DNA from: Phoronis australis | Taxonomy: Eukaryota > Animalia > Phoronida | Assembly: GCA_002633005.1 (NCBI GenBank) | Contig: NMRA01000120.1 | Coordinates: 683,940 to 747,939 of the forward strand | Direction: 5' to 3' | Length of the DNA: 64,000 nt | Shown here: positions 1-12,700 of the stretch, piece by piece | Position numbering within the stretch: the first letter of the stretch is position 1 | Layout of the letters: each line of letters begins with the position of its first letter | Position numbers and translations under genes: made by a program | Notes under the pieces: generated by a model | Databases searched by the model: none | What the model was told of the DNA's origin: nothing | Seen by the model: the letters and a program-made list of their open reading frames with translations, nothing else

Positions 1-1397
1 GGGAGTGAAAGGGTCAAAAATACAAGAGGAAATAAAATTTCTTTGCTCATCTGTAGGGCTTATGATGTGAAATGATTCAAACTTTTCTTTATTTGCATGC
101 AGTTTTTGACAGAGTGAAGAAAGGGTGAAGAGTCCATTGACGTGTGTTCTGGTAGGCCAACACCTGCGGGAACTGTTCTGTGCTCCCTAAGTCCAGGGCA
201 TTTATACCCTTTTGAATACATAAGGCAATGACGTCCATGTCCAATTTCATTGTCTTTTTCGCAACATTTGAAAAGGATGTGACGCGGCGTTGAAGGCACT
301 AGTTGAGTGAATTGCTTTTAAAGGAATATAGGAAACGTCCACAGTCTGGAACAAGTACCACAGCCCAGCTAGAAATATTGCCAGACTAAAGCTAAGGGAA
401 CACTACCCGTCACAGACAATAGCTCGCTTCAACGACCAATTCTGAGACGCGACTCGACTACAGATACCATGAGTTTGTAAGCATAAGCGTCAAACAATTT
501 CCTTTGTCTCATTCCTATTGAAAATACGCCAGTCACTCTCTCACTAAAAACGTTCAAATTTAAGGTAGTGCAGTCGATCAAAAATATACTTTCCGGTTGA
601 TATCGAGTTATCGCTGAAACAGGATTTAAGAAACGAAACAGATTATGCACTCAAACGAACAGATGCCAAAGTTTACTTTGCCGAGGGAATTATTGGATTT
701 TCCATTAAGTCCTTCCTCAATATATTCTGTATGCATTGGCAACACAAAGACGCGAAAACCTTTGAACGTACACAAGTCAAATTATACGAGAAATAGTCTT
801 GTCTTCCAGTTTTCTAAATTTACGTGAAAACTTTTGGTTTCTTCATTAAAACATTAAAATGCCCCTATCACAAAAGTAGATCTTTTTGAAAATAATTACT
901 CACAGCCCTTCGGAAATAGTTTCAGAAACTTTTATTTGAATCTGACAAGCCACGTCGGAAATAGATGTTTCAGATTTGGACATGTTTCTAACGAGAAGAA
1001 AGGTACATTCACAACCAATCAATGGTTCTCGTGATAAAATGGGTCATTTCAAAAACAATTCTAAGCACAGTTTTCTATAAGGATGCATAAAACACAGTAT
1101 CTGAAAGCTTTTTTATGAATCCGATAAGATATTTCTAAGATATTATGATCCGAAGTGAGCCAAATTTTGGGTCATTTTAGGATCTTTTTAACATTTTTGG
1201 AAAATAATAATTCTTTACATAATTACATAGGTTGACTATCTAGCGCTCAAAATATGGTAATAACAATCCGTCGATACGAGACTGACGCGTTTATCAGAAA
1301 AAAATATAAGGTCACTGAAAACCCTCATTTATCTGAGTCATAAACGTCTTTGGGTTTCTAATCTCCAGGTCACGCCTATAATTAGTTACAATTATCT

Positions 1398-1408
1398 GGG
1401 AATTTCCC
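1398..1408. promoter_or_regulatory. Consensus NF-kB/Rel site GGGAATTTCCC upstream of the third-paralog remnant
   Basis: Matches GGGRNWYYCC; about 1.35 kb upstream of the pseudo-exon ATG. Confidence 0.35.
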
Positions 1409-1524
1409 ACTGTAATAATTTATACTGGTTTTTGTTATATCCAGTGCGAAACATGAAATAGATTGGTTATTTAATCGTTCGCTCAAGTTCACCGGAAAAA
1501 ATTAAGAGCTGACGACACAAGTTA

Positions 1525-1990
1525 TGTAGGACCCGAGAAAAATTCCAAATTCGACTAAGTTTGAAATAACATCTCAAAAATGGCGTTTCGGTTTCATTTT
1601 AAACTTACTCGTATCATGTTGCAAGCAGTGTTCTCGAAACTACTGATAGGAATTATTTGTAAATTGTTTCACCTTTGAATGTCAGGCTATCAAAGATAAG
1701 ATTTTATGGCTCTCATGAACAAATGAAATGCTGCTTAAAACCAAAACGAAAGGATTTTATTGAAAACTGTGACGTAGGACCCGATTAAGTTCGAAATATC
1801 ATATCTCGGAAATAACGTTTCGGTTTCACTTTTAACTTACACATATCATGCTTGTTGCAGTGCTCTCGAAACTGTAAGAGTTATTTGTAAATTGTTTCAC
1901 TTTTGCTGTCAGGCTATCAAAGATAATATTTTTGGTTATCATGAACAAATGAAAAGCTGTACAAAATCGGATTATTTTAAAAACTGTAAA
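1525..1990. repeat. Two diverged tandem copies of an approximately 250-bp unit
   Basis: Both units begin gtaggacccga and share cgtttcggtttca...tgtcaggctatcaaagataa...catgaacaaatgaaa. Confidence 0.8.
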
Positions 1991-2754
1991 AGTGCTTCTG
2001 AGATTTCATTCTGAACATTTGTATCAAACGAAATTTGGTTATTTCGTTAATTCCGTTGATGACTTTTCTTTTTGTTAAATTTTAGTTGAAAGACATGGTC
2101 ACTGTAGATTGGTATAAAGTAAAATTCAATTTCTAAAGGGTCTCTTTTTCAAACAATGAAAACTTTTCTTGAAATGAATTTCACAATTTTGAAAATGTTT
2201 GCCTGAACATACAGATATGTCAACAAGGTCTATATAAACTTAAATTTCTAGCAATGTCACCCTATTAACATTTCTGCAAGAGACCAGTACAATTTTACCT
2301 AAATAACACTTGTTTTGTGACTTCTACGACCTATTTAACATAATTTGTAGATGTGAACACTGTTCGGCTTCAACATAGGTTTTCTTTCGTGTTACATTTT
2401 TGTTTTGTGTCGTAAACACTACTTGCACGAATTTACCCATTATGCTTGAAAACGAGGTGTTGTTTCCAATCTACAATGATTCTACGTGTTTGAAACTCGT
2501 GTGCTTGCACAATGCTTTAACTGGACGATCGGCATTGTGTTCGAAACAGTAATGCAAATCAATCATTCTTGCAGCGCCACCACTAGGTATCAGTGAAGCA
2601 AATCAATAACACACATAAAGAAGAATGCCCCCGGTAACCAAGCTAGGGGGTAACCTAATTTTCTGGAAAAGATAATTATCGGAAGCGCGGGGGTTGCTAC
2701 AGTACTGTCTATACTTTGTCGGCGACTATTCGATTACTTACTGCTCACGACGAC

Positions 2755-2892
2755 ATGCAGAGGACTACAGCAGAATAAGGGAAGCTACTCATAGACAGTC
2801 AAACGAATTTTCTAAGTTCAAAAATTGACACTTTGTGTAAGAAAATTTCTAGCCTCGCAATTTATGTGCTCCTTTACATTATAATGGTTGCC
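2755..2892 (+). pseudogene. Truncated exon-1 remnant of a third TNFSF paralog
   Basis: Translates MQRTTAE*GKLLIDSQTNF...LAIYVLLYIIMVA, which aligns with gene A (EQKLLESH...TYTLLYVIMIG) and gene B (SYLLMYVIMVC). In-frame TAA at 2776-2778; homology ends in mid-TM. Confidence 0.65.
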
Positions 2893-4779
2893 GGGGTTGG
2901 TGGTGGTTGGCGAAGTGGGCAAAATGGTCCGCCTCAAAACAACAAAAAGTCCGAGAAATTGAGACAAAAGTCCACTAAAAAGACGCGAATGCACAATTCA
3001 CAGCCCTGAGCGTGATATCCCGTTTTTAGTCACATTTTTTGTTTGTAAAAGGCCCATACTGCCAAAAATTCCAGCCCCCATATTTTAGACTCGGTGTGCG
3101 CATGTATGAGTTGTAGTGTTTTTTTTTTTGGAGTAATGGGCAGTAACCATACTAGATGCACCAGCATTGAACTGCTGAGCGTATGAGCATTCCCATGCCA
3201 TATGCTTTCTCTATTGTGCCAATACAACCCTCATGAAACTTGTGAGCAAAATGTTTGACCCACTATAGCACATGTATGTAGTAGTGAACATATTGAAAAT
3301 ATATCTTGATGAGGTTAATATTCATTTCATATAACTCGAAATGTCTACTTGCCAGCTGCCACCTTTTCAATCGCTGAATATCACATTTTGAATCACCAAG
3401 TTCCAACCAGGTCACGTCTGTCTAAGAACATGCATTATTAGAGCGTGTTTGAATATAAATTATTTTTGATACATTTAATGAAATTTCTGACAAAGTAGCT
3501 TACGGACGCAATAAATATGTAAGTATCTTCCGAATTCGGTGAGATGTAAAATAATGAAAACGACTTTGAAACCCAGTTGGCGCTCAATATTTCGGTTGTA
3601 TTCGACAGTCGTTTTCAATTTCAATATCATTCGGAACATCTCGGTTGTTTTCGTTGCCCCATCCCTCGGAGGTGTTTCATACATGTATCTGCTTATGTGG
3701 TTATACTCTGATGGTAGCAAACTTAGTAACAGTAAATCAAGGGGCAGACTAATGATTGAGAATGATTGCCGCATACGGCTTTTTAGACCCGGTAGGCTGA
3801 AATCATGGTTATACCTGTTTCTTTACCAAACCCCTTCGCTATAATGATTGAAGTTCGCACACCCGAGGGATAATTTGAGCCTACAAACATACGAGGTGCT
3901 CCGAATTTGACAGTGATATCCGACACAAATCGGGTATTTTCGCAGCCTCAAATTTCCTCTTGGAGATGAACGTTATCTGCGCCAGTGTAAACTTGAATAG
4001 TAGGGTAAGTTAAGTGACTTTCAAACTGGGGAGTGATAGAAGACTGAAGTTACCACTTGCTAAGGTAACGTTCAGTTCCAACGGGGACATTTGAGGCTAC
4101 GGAAATACCCCCGGTGTTCCAACTGGGACAATATACCATGCACAAGTAGCACAACGCGGAAATACATAATGTCAATGAGCAGAAGATAATATTGTTGTGG
4201 TGTTGGCACAATACATTTTGGGAGTGATTTGCGAGTTCTCGTCATTGTTTGACCCTGATGGTGGTGGTATAGTGCTACTAAAACCTCAGTCGTCCTCAAT
4301 ATTTTATTTTTCACTTGTCTTATCATTCTTAATACTGAGAATATGGCCAAATGACGATAGCTGTTAAACACTAGCATTGAGATTGTCAGAAGTTGACTGT
4401 GGGTTTAGTTTAAAGGTAGCTGTGCTTTGTGATTGTGCGTGGACGGAGAGAGAATGATTAAATCAAACGATTGATATATTATATGATAACCACTTATTAA
4501 AACAAGTGAAACCTGTTGTTAATTAAGTACACTAACAATAATACTAGCTACGCTAGCGCCCTCTGTAAGGATAACTTCGATCAATTAAAGCAACCAAATG
4601 TCTTATCTGCTATCCAAGCTGTAGAACCCGGCACTCGTTGGATGGCAGTCCTGTTGGTCGATCCTCGTACTAACACACACTGTGCGACGATACAATGAAT
4701 ATATATAACCCAGAAAGCTCCAAGAGGCATTATATCTGGGTTAAAAATACAAAGAAATCTATATAAAAATATTTCACAC

Positions 4780-5580
4780 AAATACATAAATTAAAAAAAT
4801 ACTGTTGTTAAGATTACAATGACATACTCAATGATTACGAATGTAAATAAATCATTTTCATACACATGTACACAATTCTATCCACTCACACAAATAGAAT
4901 TAATATTATGAAAAAAAATTGATACTATTTCGAATAAAACCTTATTTTCATTTGGTTTGAGTTCTTGACATCCATATAGAAAAAAAAATGTTGTACACTT
5001 GCGGAATTTCAGAATACCTTTTGTAAATATTGGGGTATTATTCGAGTGTCTGAAAAAGCTGTACCCTCTGCTCCTTGCATGCCTCACAAGCAAAGAAAAC
5101 ACGAGCATTTGTCCGGGTGTCTCCATAGCAACACAGAGGCGAAATATTATTAAAATTATTCTGAATTTATCGTTGTTTAGGAATAGACCGCATTTTAATC
5201 TGTATAGGATTATTTCATGGTTGCGAGGAAATTGGAACGATGTTAATGGGACTGGCAACTCTTGAGTAGTGGTATCCATTTTAAAGGTACTTTTTGGATT
5301 GACGATTGAAGTGCTTTCTTTTATTTTGGATGGTAAGGAATTCCAGTTGTCAATAAATGTTGATATTGTAGATCTCCTGAAGGCTTGGCTGAAGGAAGAT
5401 GTAATAGTGTTCATATTACTTTGCCGCAGTCCTGGTCTCGTGTCTTTTGTAGGAGTCAAAGAGGATTTTGTTTGAGTAATTGTTTATGTTGGTTAAGACT
5501 TTGAATGTATACATGGACAGGGGGAGTTTACAACGGGTTGATAGTTTGCTCCAGTTGAGGCTATTTAGAATCTTGATTCT
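4780..5580 (-). mobile_element. 3' fragment of a non-LTR retrotransposon (CR1/L2-like) ORF2, degenerate
   Basis: ORF 4878-5459 has typical LINE C-terminal motifs (WNSLP..IKES.S, R...IILYRLK...LN, C..ET) with frameshifts. Boundaries are approximate. Confidence 0.7.
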
Positions 5581-8500
5581 TTGGACCCTTTTGCATACTC
5601 CTGTTATGGTATTGTAGTCTTTCTAATTGACCTATCGCAAGCTCCGCCCCTACTCGAAAAGTCACGTGATACCCGACAATCGAACGAGATGTCAGAAGCA
5701 AATACACTGTCGCTAAACGACGTTCCTGGTGGAATCGATGACATAACGCTTAATGGTCGTGAGAGACCGTCCGGAGTTGGTATATGGTGCAACTCGGGAC
5801 GGTCTGGGGTCTACAGAGAACCACAGTTCAACTGTGAGTCTACACCTATGTGATAAACGAGAGTAGTTCTACTTGCTGCGTCAGCTGCTGGCATGCTTAT
5901 CTCTTTTATGACACACAATATGTGTGACTGGGCAAAGCGTTTTCAAAATAATGTGGATAAATCAGTGGAGTGTGAGACCCCTGAGGTCCCGGTCAAGTCC
6001 TCACGGCAATTTTACATTATGAGTGTTTTTGCACTATTTGAAAACGCTTCGACAGAGACAAGCGGCGATGCTTTTCAACAGAGAATCGTGCGTTTATGAT
6101 ATGGGAATTTGTAAAGGTGACGATGAAAAAATAAGTGCTCGAGGAGCCAGCGAAAATACGAAGAACCCCGCGGCCTCGGGCTCGGGGCCACTTCACCTGA
6201 CAAATGACAAGGCCACTGAAACAATTTGTTCATGTAAAGCGGGGTATGTACCCTAAAGTCGAATTGTCTGTACGATTCCATAGATTTCATGATCTTTCGA
6301 ATAAAATCAGTGAAGATTCACCGATATTTTTATTCTGTCGTCTGCTAAATTTCCCCAAATGAAAAGTAGGTCACAACTGGTGGGACTCCTGGAGTAAAGT
6401 AGGTCATAGATTACAGACAACACATGCACTGTAGTCTCTGACTAGGTCGACTCGATAGCACTGTTTACGCTTTTCTAATCTTGTAACGAAATGTTTTGAT
6501 CAAAAGATTCAGGTTCATAGCTCAGGTACACACTCATCTCGTCCTAGGAAGACAGTTAGCTCCGGTAGATCTAGGGCTGTGTCTAAGTCAAATTAATGTC
6601 TGGAATTCAGTGACTGACCTATGATACCACAAGGGGGGCCCAACATATGTTGCTTCGTGGAATTGGGCAAAGTGCGATTGCATGTGCACAGGCGGCCCGA
6701 AAGTTGCAGGGATCAAGGATGTAGACCGTTGGACCTTCTGTTCAGAAAATCTATCGGTGGGCTAAAAAACAGGAACACGATTCCGCTGCAATCTGGGGTC
6801 TGAGCCCCCCTCTTCCGCTACCGGTCCTAGTTACTGAACTCAATATTTCTTCACGCTCCACGCTCTTGCTGTTTCATTTTTCTTGCGGCAGCCAAGGGGG
6901 GGGGGGCTGGGTCCCCTGCCCCCTCCCTAAATCCGCCTATGGAATTGTCTGTTTGCACCATTAAGACATTTCAGTTAGGCCTATCTTCTTATGAACTTGA
7001 CATTTTTTGTAGTTACATTCCATAAAGGTAGCTTTCATTTAATTTTGAAGGTAGCATGATCACTAAGTCGTGGTATGGTTACAAAAGATTACAAGTCTGG
7101 GGTGGTAGTTGCAAAAATAGGGTATTTACAAAAATAACTCAAAATTTTTTTAAAGCTTCATAAATCTAAATATCTTGTTTGAACATCTTCAAAATGAGCT
7201 TTCTCTAACTCTACAGACATAGTGTATACTAGAGGTACACGTCAAAAAGTAATTCAACACTTTATTTTTATTGACAACAGCTCGACCAAGGCTTTGAGTT
7301 CCGGCAGTAATCCAGTGTCCTTCCCTGTGCCGATCGAATCTCTGAATTTTGACCGGGATAGGAGTTCAGTTGAACGCCGGCCTACGATTTATGAATTACA
7401 AAAATGTACCTCTGATACGAAACAAAATAATGTCCATTAGGTTGAAATAAATAAGAAAAACATAAAATAAAATAAAATAAAATTGTCCTTGAAAACAACA
7501 ATTTCCGGGGACTACTGCTAGAGTGCTAAGATGCAGCAGGTGCCGAGACACAGGCGGCCAGACGTAGAAAACTCGGGAGTCAAAATCTGAGATAGCCCTG
7601 CACCACAGCCACCAAGCTGAAAAGTGCCTATCTTGGAACTAATATGTTTGTGTTTATTATAGCCTTCGAGTTATCAAGCAACATCGCTAAGTTCAGCTTT
7701 TCAACATCATTTTCGGCTTAGGACATGCCAAAAAATGACGGGATACTATTCTGAAGCAGCATAACGGCTGTCGGTGCTACACCGTTTCCCCATTCCTAAC
7801 GGACAATTTCTTGAGCTATATACTAAAGTAAGTTTTACTCGACTACGTGTGGTTTGTCGGGTAAAATGGCGGCTTGGAAACGCAGACGAAGGTGTGCCAA
7901 GAATGCTGCATTCTGATTGGTCAATTATGCCGTCCGTTATAATCCTGGCGATAGAAGTATGCCAGCGTTTGCCGATTGGTAGATTATGTCACAGTAATCT
8001 AGATGTGGAAGGACAAAAGACTTCAACAGAGTTTCAAGATGCGCGGAGTTGAGATGACGGGAGACAGTTATAATGAGATTTATGGCACTCTGACATAAAT
8101 CCTATTATTTGGGCAAATAACATTATACAGCCAACTCCTCGTTAGTTCCTACCAAATCCGATGGTAGCGCTGTTTGTTCTTTCTCTCCAGCTTCCTGCTG
8201 GCCCAGCCTGAAGCAACAGTACATTCACTCGTAAGTTTTCCTAATTAGACAATTTTATACCTAGTAGACTCTTCCCGTTTGTCGTTAATTGTCCTGGACA
8301 CAATTTACTTCCTGTATTTATTACTTTTAGCCACAGATGCCTTTCCTAACGGCAGATTTCTTTCGATTCTAATATCCCTCAAACCCAAACCAATCCCTCG
8401 CCAATACTCGGCTGCGCTTCCGTTCATGACCCTGGTTCAAAACAACCAATTCCCTGGGTATAAGTGGGATGTCTTGCAGCAATCCCCGTCTGCTTTGGGG

Positions 8501-9506
8501 GAGAAGACTCAGCGGCGAGATACAAAGGTTATCAATCGGGCGGATAGGACAGGGCCTGCCATGCAGCCCAGGTCCCATTCGTTTATGAGTTTGTCCGAGT
8601 TACTGATATCAGGTTTCTTGCTTTGGTGTGGTTTTTCGTGCCCGTGTATTGTAACCTAAAGCTAGTTTAAGCCTTGAACAATGAGTGAAGCACAGTTGGG
8701 GTCTGGGTACCCAGGTAGAATGCGCTTGAGTGCCAGCGGTTTGACAAGCGTGTGACCTAGGCTCCAGACGTACTGATAATTTGGGTGCATGGTGGATACG
8801 GGAATTACATAACACGACTTAATAGGTACTATTTCAACAGGACGGGAGGTAATATTGATGTAAACATGGGATTTACAATGGTTGGGACCTAGAAGGGAAT
8901 CTATCGCATATCGAGGCGAAGCCTGTTGCAGTAAAGCTCGAAAGCGCTGCTTCTCACACCGAAGTGTCCCCATCGCGCACAATCATTTCGGAAGGTTTAT
9001 CAGCAGCTATAAAAAAATTCGGATGCCACTTCTATATTTTTTTCGACTTCGCGAAAAGTGCGGAAATACGGTATCTTACACTTTATCTTGTTTGTTGAGG
9101 CCTTTTCAAGTACTTCACCTCTGGCCCCTAGCGCATACGAATGTTTATCTACGCTTTTGACTCCCATAGTTCCTTCCGTTCAAAAAGATAAAAAATACTT
9201 TGAATACATGCCAGTAAAATACATTCAAACATGTCAAATTCGGCGCCCAGTTTTGTTGCAATATGGAGATACATGTCATAAGAAGAGAAATAATGGGTGA
9301 AAATTATTAAACCAAAATCGTGTGCTAAGTCTAAAACATCAGTGATGTTGAGAATAGACTCTACCTTTTGGTTTTTATGCGGGGTCACGGTTAAGCGTGG
9401 AAACGTTAAGTCGTTCTTGCGACCCTCAGTCAACCTTAAATTGACCAGACGTAAATGCAAGCATTACGTCATGGCAAAAAGTTTTTGTAAAGGGGATGTT
9501 ACTCGA

Positions 9507-9723
9507 TCAAAGCATGTAGAGACCGAAGTTGTTGGAGAGAGCAAGTCGAGATACTTCGGATATATTTGATACTTTGACAAACAGCTCGTCACCCGGCCTC
9601 AAGTAAAACACACCCCCAAGATAGCTGGTATATTCTCCAAATTCTTTGTTCCGTGACCAACACTTTGTTGCTCTCCCGCGTAGAAGTTCGTCTTCACCGT
9701 TATTGGGGTAGTACAAACTATAT
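9507..9723 (-). CDS. TNFSF10-like: Gene A exon 5 coding part, 217 nt (TNF domain, C-terminal strands)
   Basis: ctatttcag|A TAT AGT TTG ... ATG CTT TGA. Encodes KCWS and SYLGGVFYLRPGDELFVKVS. Confidence 0.95.
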
Positions 9724-12700
9724 CTGAAATAGACAAGAAGTTAGTTGTACATAAGAGTTTTGTCGGTCTAGAAAAGTGGCTAAATTTGGGTAAAGTCGGA
9801 ACATAATAATCCTGAATGAAAATGCTTGGATTTATGAATTTGTGGCAAATAACATAAATGACATTTTAGGTAATTGAATATTTCGTTGTAGTTCAACCGT
9901 TAGCGTTGTGAGCTACAAAAGCGTCTTTCGAATGAGCCAAATTTCCAATTCTGGCGTGCAGCGTGTTGACATCATAGAACCGCACGATCTCTCTCATTCA
10001 TTACAAATTTATATAAATCGTCTGAATAACCCTCTATATAAAAGTGGCAACAGGACGCATTCTAAACGCAATTAATTCATGAAAACGCTGCAAAACACCC
10101 AAAAGGCATTAAAAACATAATCCTTTACATTCATCAATTAAGAGCACATAAGAAAGATGTCACTAAAACATATCTGTTTCGTAAACTTTCAACCATGTTT
10201 GTATTTGCCATATTTTACAAAAATTTAAAAAAGGTGGGCGGGGTCTTCTCATTACATACGGTGGTAGTGAATGAACACCACCAAAATAAATAAAAAAATA
10301 AAAAACATATTAAATTCAGTTAAGTTCGATTTCTGTTGAATGAGCATTATGCGGGTTTAGTTTTCAACAAAACTAGCTTGCGTTAAAATCCGTTTTATGA
10401 AGTTTTTTTACTGAAATGAAAGGAAATAGCAATGCACCATGCTAGTTGTAGAGCAAATTGGCGGTAGTTTTGGCGTGTTAGACTGTATCAAAAGTTAACG
10501 TCTTAGTCTGAAGGTTTGAGGCCCCGGAAAGCAAGGGAGCTTATTTCGACCTCTACCATACACCATACGCAATTGAAGAAGTGAATTTTGAGTATGTCAT
10601 TACACATGATTAAAGATGCGTCGGAAGTCTGGCGAGGTTCGAAATCTAGCCACTATGTTCAGGCAACAGCCAAATACAGCGATCGACATGCACGTTGCAT
10701 AGTGGTGAGATTGCCACCTCGCCAGACTTCCATTCCAGGGTATCTATATCTGACTCCGGCGCACCTGTTTTCCCGTGTAATGACGTATGCAGTAATCCCG
10801 TCCTTATGTGTAGTGTATGTTAGAGGTATCAATATGTCTTGAAAGGTCGGGTAGATCGAAATAAGCTTCCATGTCCGAAAACACACGCTGTCTCACATTA
10901 AACCGTTTCCCGAGAGCTGATATTTTGCCCGATGTCAGCTTGGATAAAACCCAGTTACACGTCTTTGCAAATTTGTGAGATTGACGTCATAGTAGCCACT
11001 TGTGCTCATTCGAGGAACAGGTTTGCGGAAAATGCGCTCCAGTCCGCTAAAAACTTCGCAATCGGCGATCGTTCGTACGAGTTTCCTCACAGCCCTTAAT
11101 TTCTGTCTTACCCTAATGACCTGATTCAAAGCAATTGGTCTCATGCATCCGGAAATAACGAAACATAGACAGTTGCGCACAAGTTTAGACAGATAGAAGT
11201 CGACATATTTGGATTTTATGGTGTTGTTTTTTGCGTGTTCGAAGACATCGATAGACGGTGGAATTTGAGGTCGAACGTTTGACTGGAGGTGCTCGCTTTA
11301 GATCTCGACGTCGCCAGCGACCAGCTGATGTGAACAGAAATAGTGTATCTTTGCCTGTTGTCGCAGGTTTCAGCATGCCGTCATCCCAACACCAAATGAG
11401 CAAACATTTTGGCCACGGCCGAGACATCGTGTTTTTGAAGACAAGGTAGACCTTATTAACGTATCACTTCGATTATTGCTTTTGTTTTGTTCTTGTGTAA
11501 TGCGAGGATTTCAGACCAGCTCAGAATGTTATTTCCATTGCGGAGTGCTGATAGGCCTATAGGTGTACCTTTGTCCTTTGCTTATGTCAGCCTGAAACTC
11601 TTCTTCTTCACCTGAGCTGACAGCGCTGAACCGTAAAATTTCTGATAGAAGCCGATATTGTGAGCTAGTTGAAATTAATGAATCCGAGTGTATGTGCCGA
11701 CGAACTCTGTGTTAGTAGTTTGACTTTAGTAGTCGCCATCTGTTGGTGGTTTATGTGTTTGCTCTGCAGCTTATACCGCGTCTATTTTCCACGTGACTTA
11801 TTCTTCAATAGAATTTTGCATATGTAAGACTGTTTGGCAGACCATGGTTTATAGCTGTAACGCGCCCATTTGGCTCATTCGTATTTCAACGTCCCTAACC
11901 GATGGGTTTAGTATATTTCAGCTTCGTCGTGATTTATGGTGTAAGTATATCATTTGCACCTAGTTTTGTTACATAGTAAGAACTTCAACGTAATTGTTAC
12001 GCGTGATTTGTACTTTTAATTTCCGTTGCCTCAAGTAGTTTGACGTTGTTTGAATAAGTAAGTTGAACAATGTTAAATATTAGTATTGTAACTTTGTAAA
12101 CGACCAACGCATTGTTCAATTGTCTAATAGAACGTTTTTATGCGCCCACATATTTATATGTGGACGCATTATGCCGTCATCTCTGTCCGTCCGTCCGTCC
12201 GTCCGTCCGGGCGGCGTCCGTCCGGCGTCCGGCGTCCGGCGTCCGCTGCTCTATCTCCAAAACCCTTTGACATACGTTCATGAAATTTGGCACATATGTT
12301 CCATTCATGAATGGGACGGCATGTGCGAACTTTCGGACGGATCCGACTACCGGTGTGCCCCCTAGTGGCAATTTTAGTTTTTTACGCTTACCTTTGTATC
12401 TTCAAAAGTCCTGAACGGATTTTCATGAAATTTGGTATGTAGGCACCTAGTAGTGAGATGACGCNNNNNNNNNNNNNNNNNNNNNNNNNNNNNNNNNNNN
12501 NNNNNNNNNNNNNNNNNNNNNNNNNNNNNNNNNNNNNNNNNNNNNNNNNNNNNNNNNNNNNNNNNNNNNNNNNNNNNNNNNNNNNNNNNNNNNNNNNNNN
12601 NNNNNNNNNNNNNNNNNNNNNNNNNNNNNNNNNNNNNNNNNNNNNNNNNNNNNNNNNNNNNNNNNNNNNNNNNNNNNNNTTTGTTTTTAATTCTATGTTT

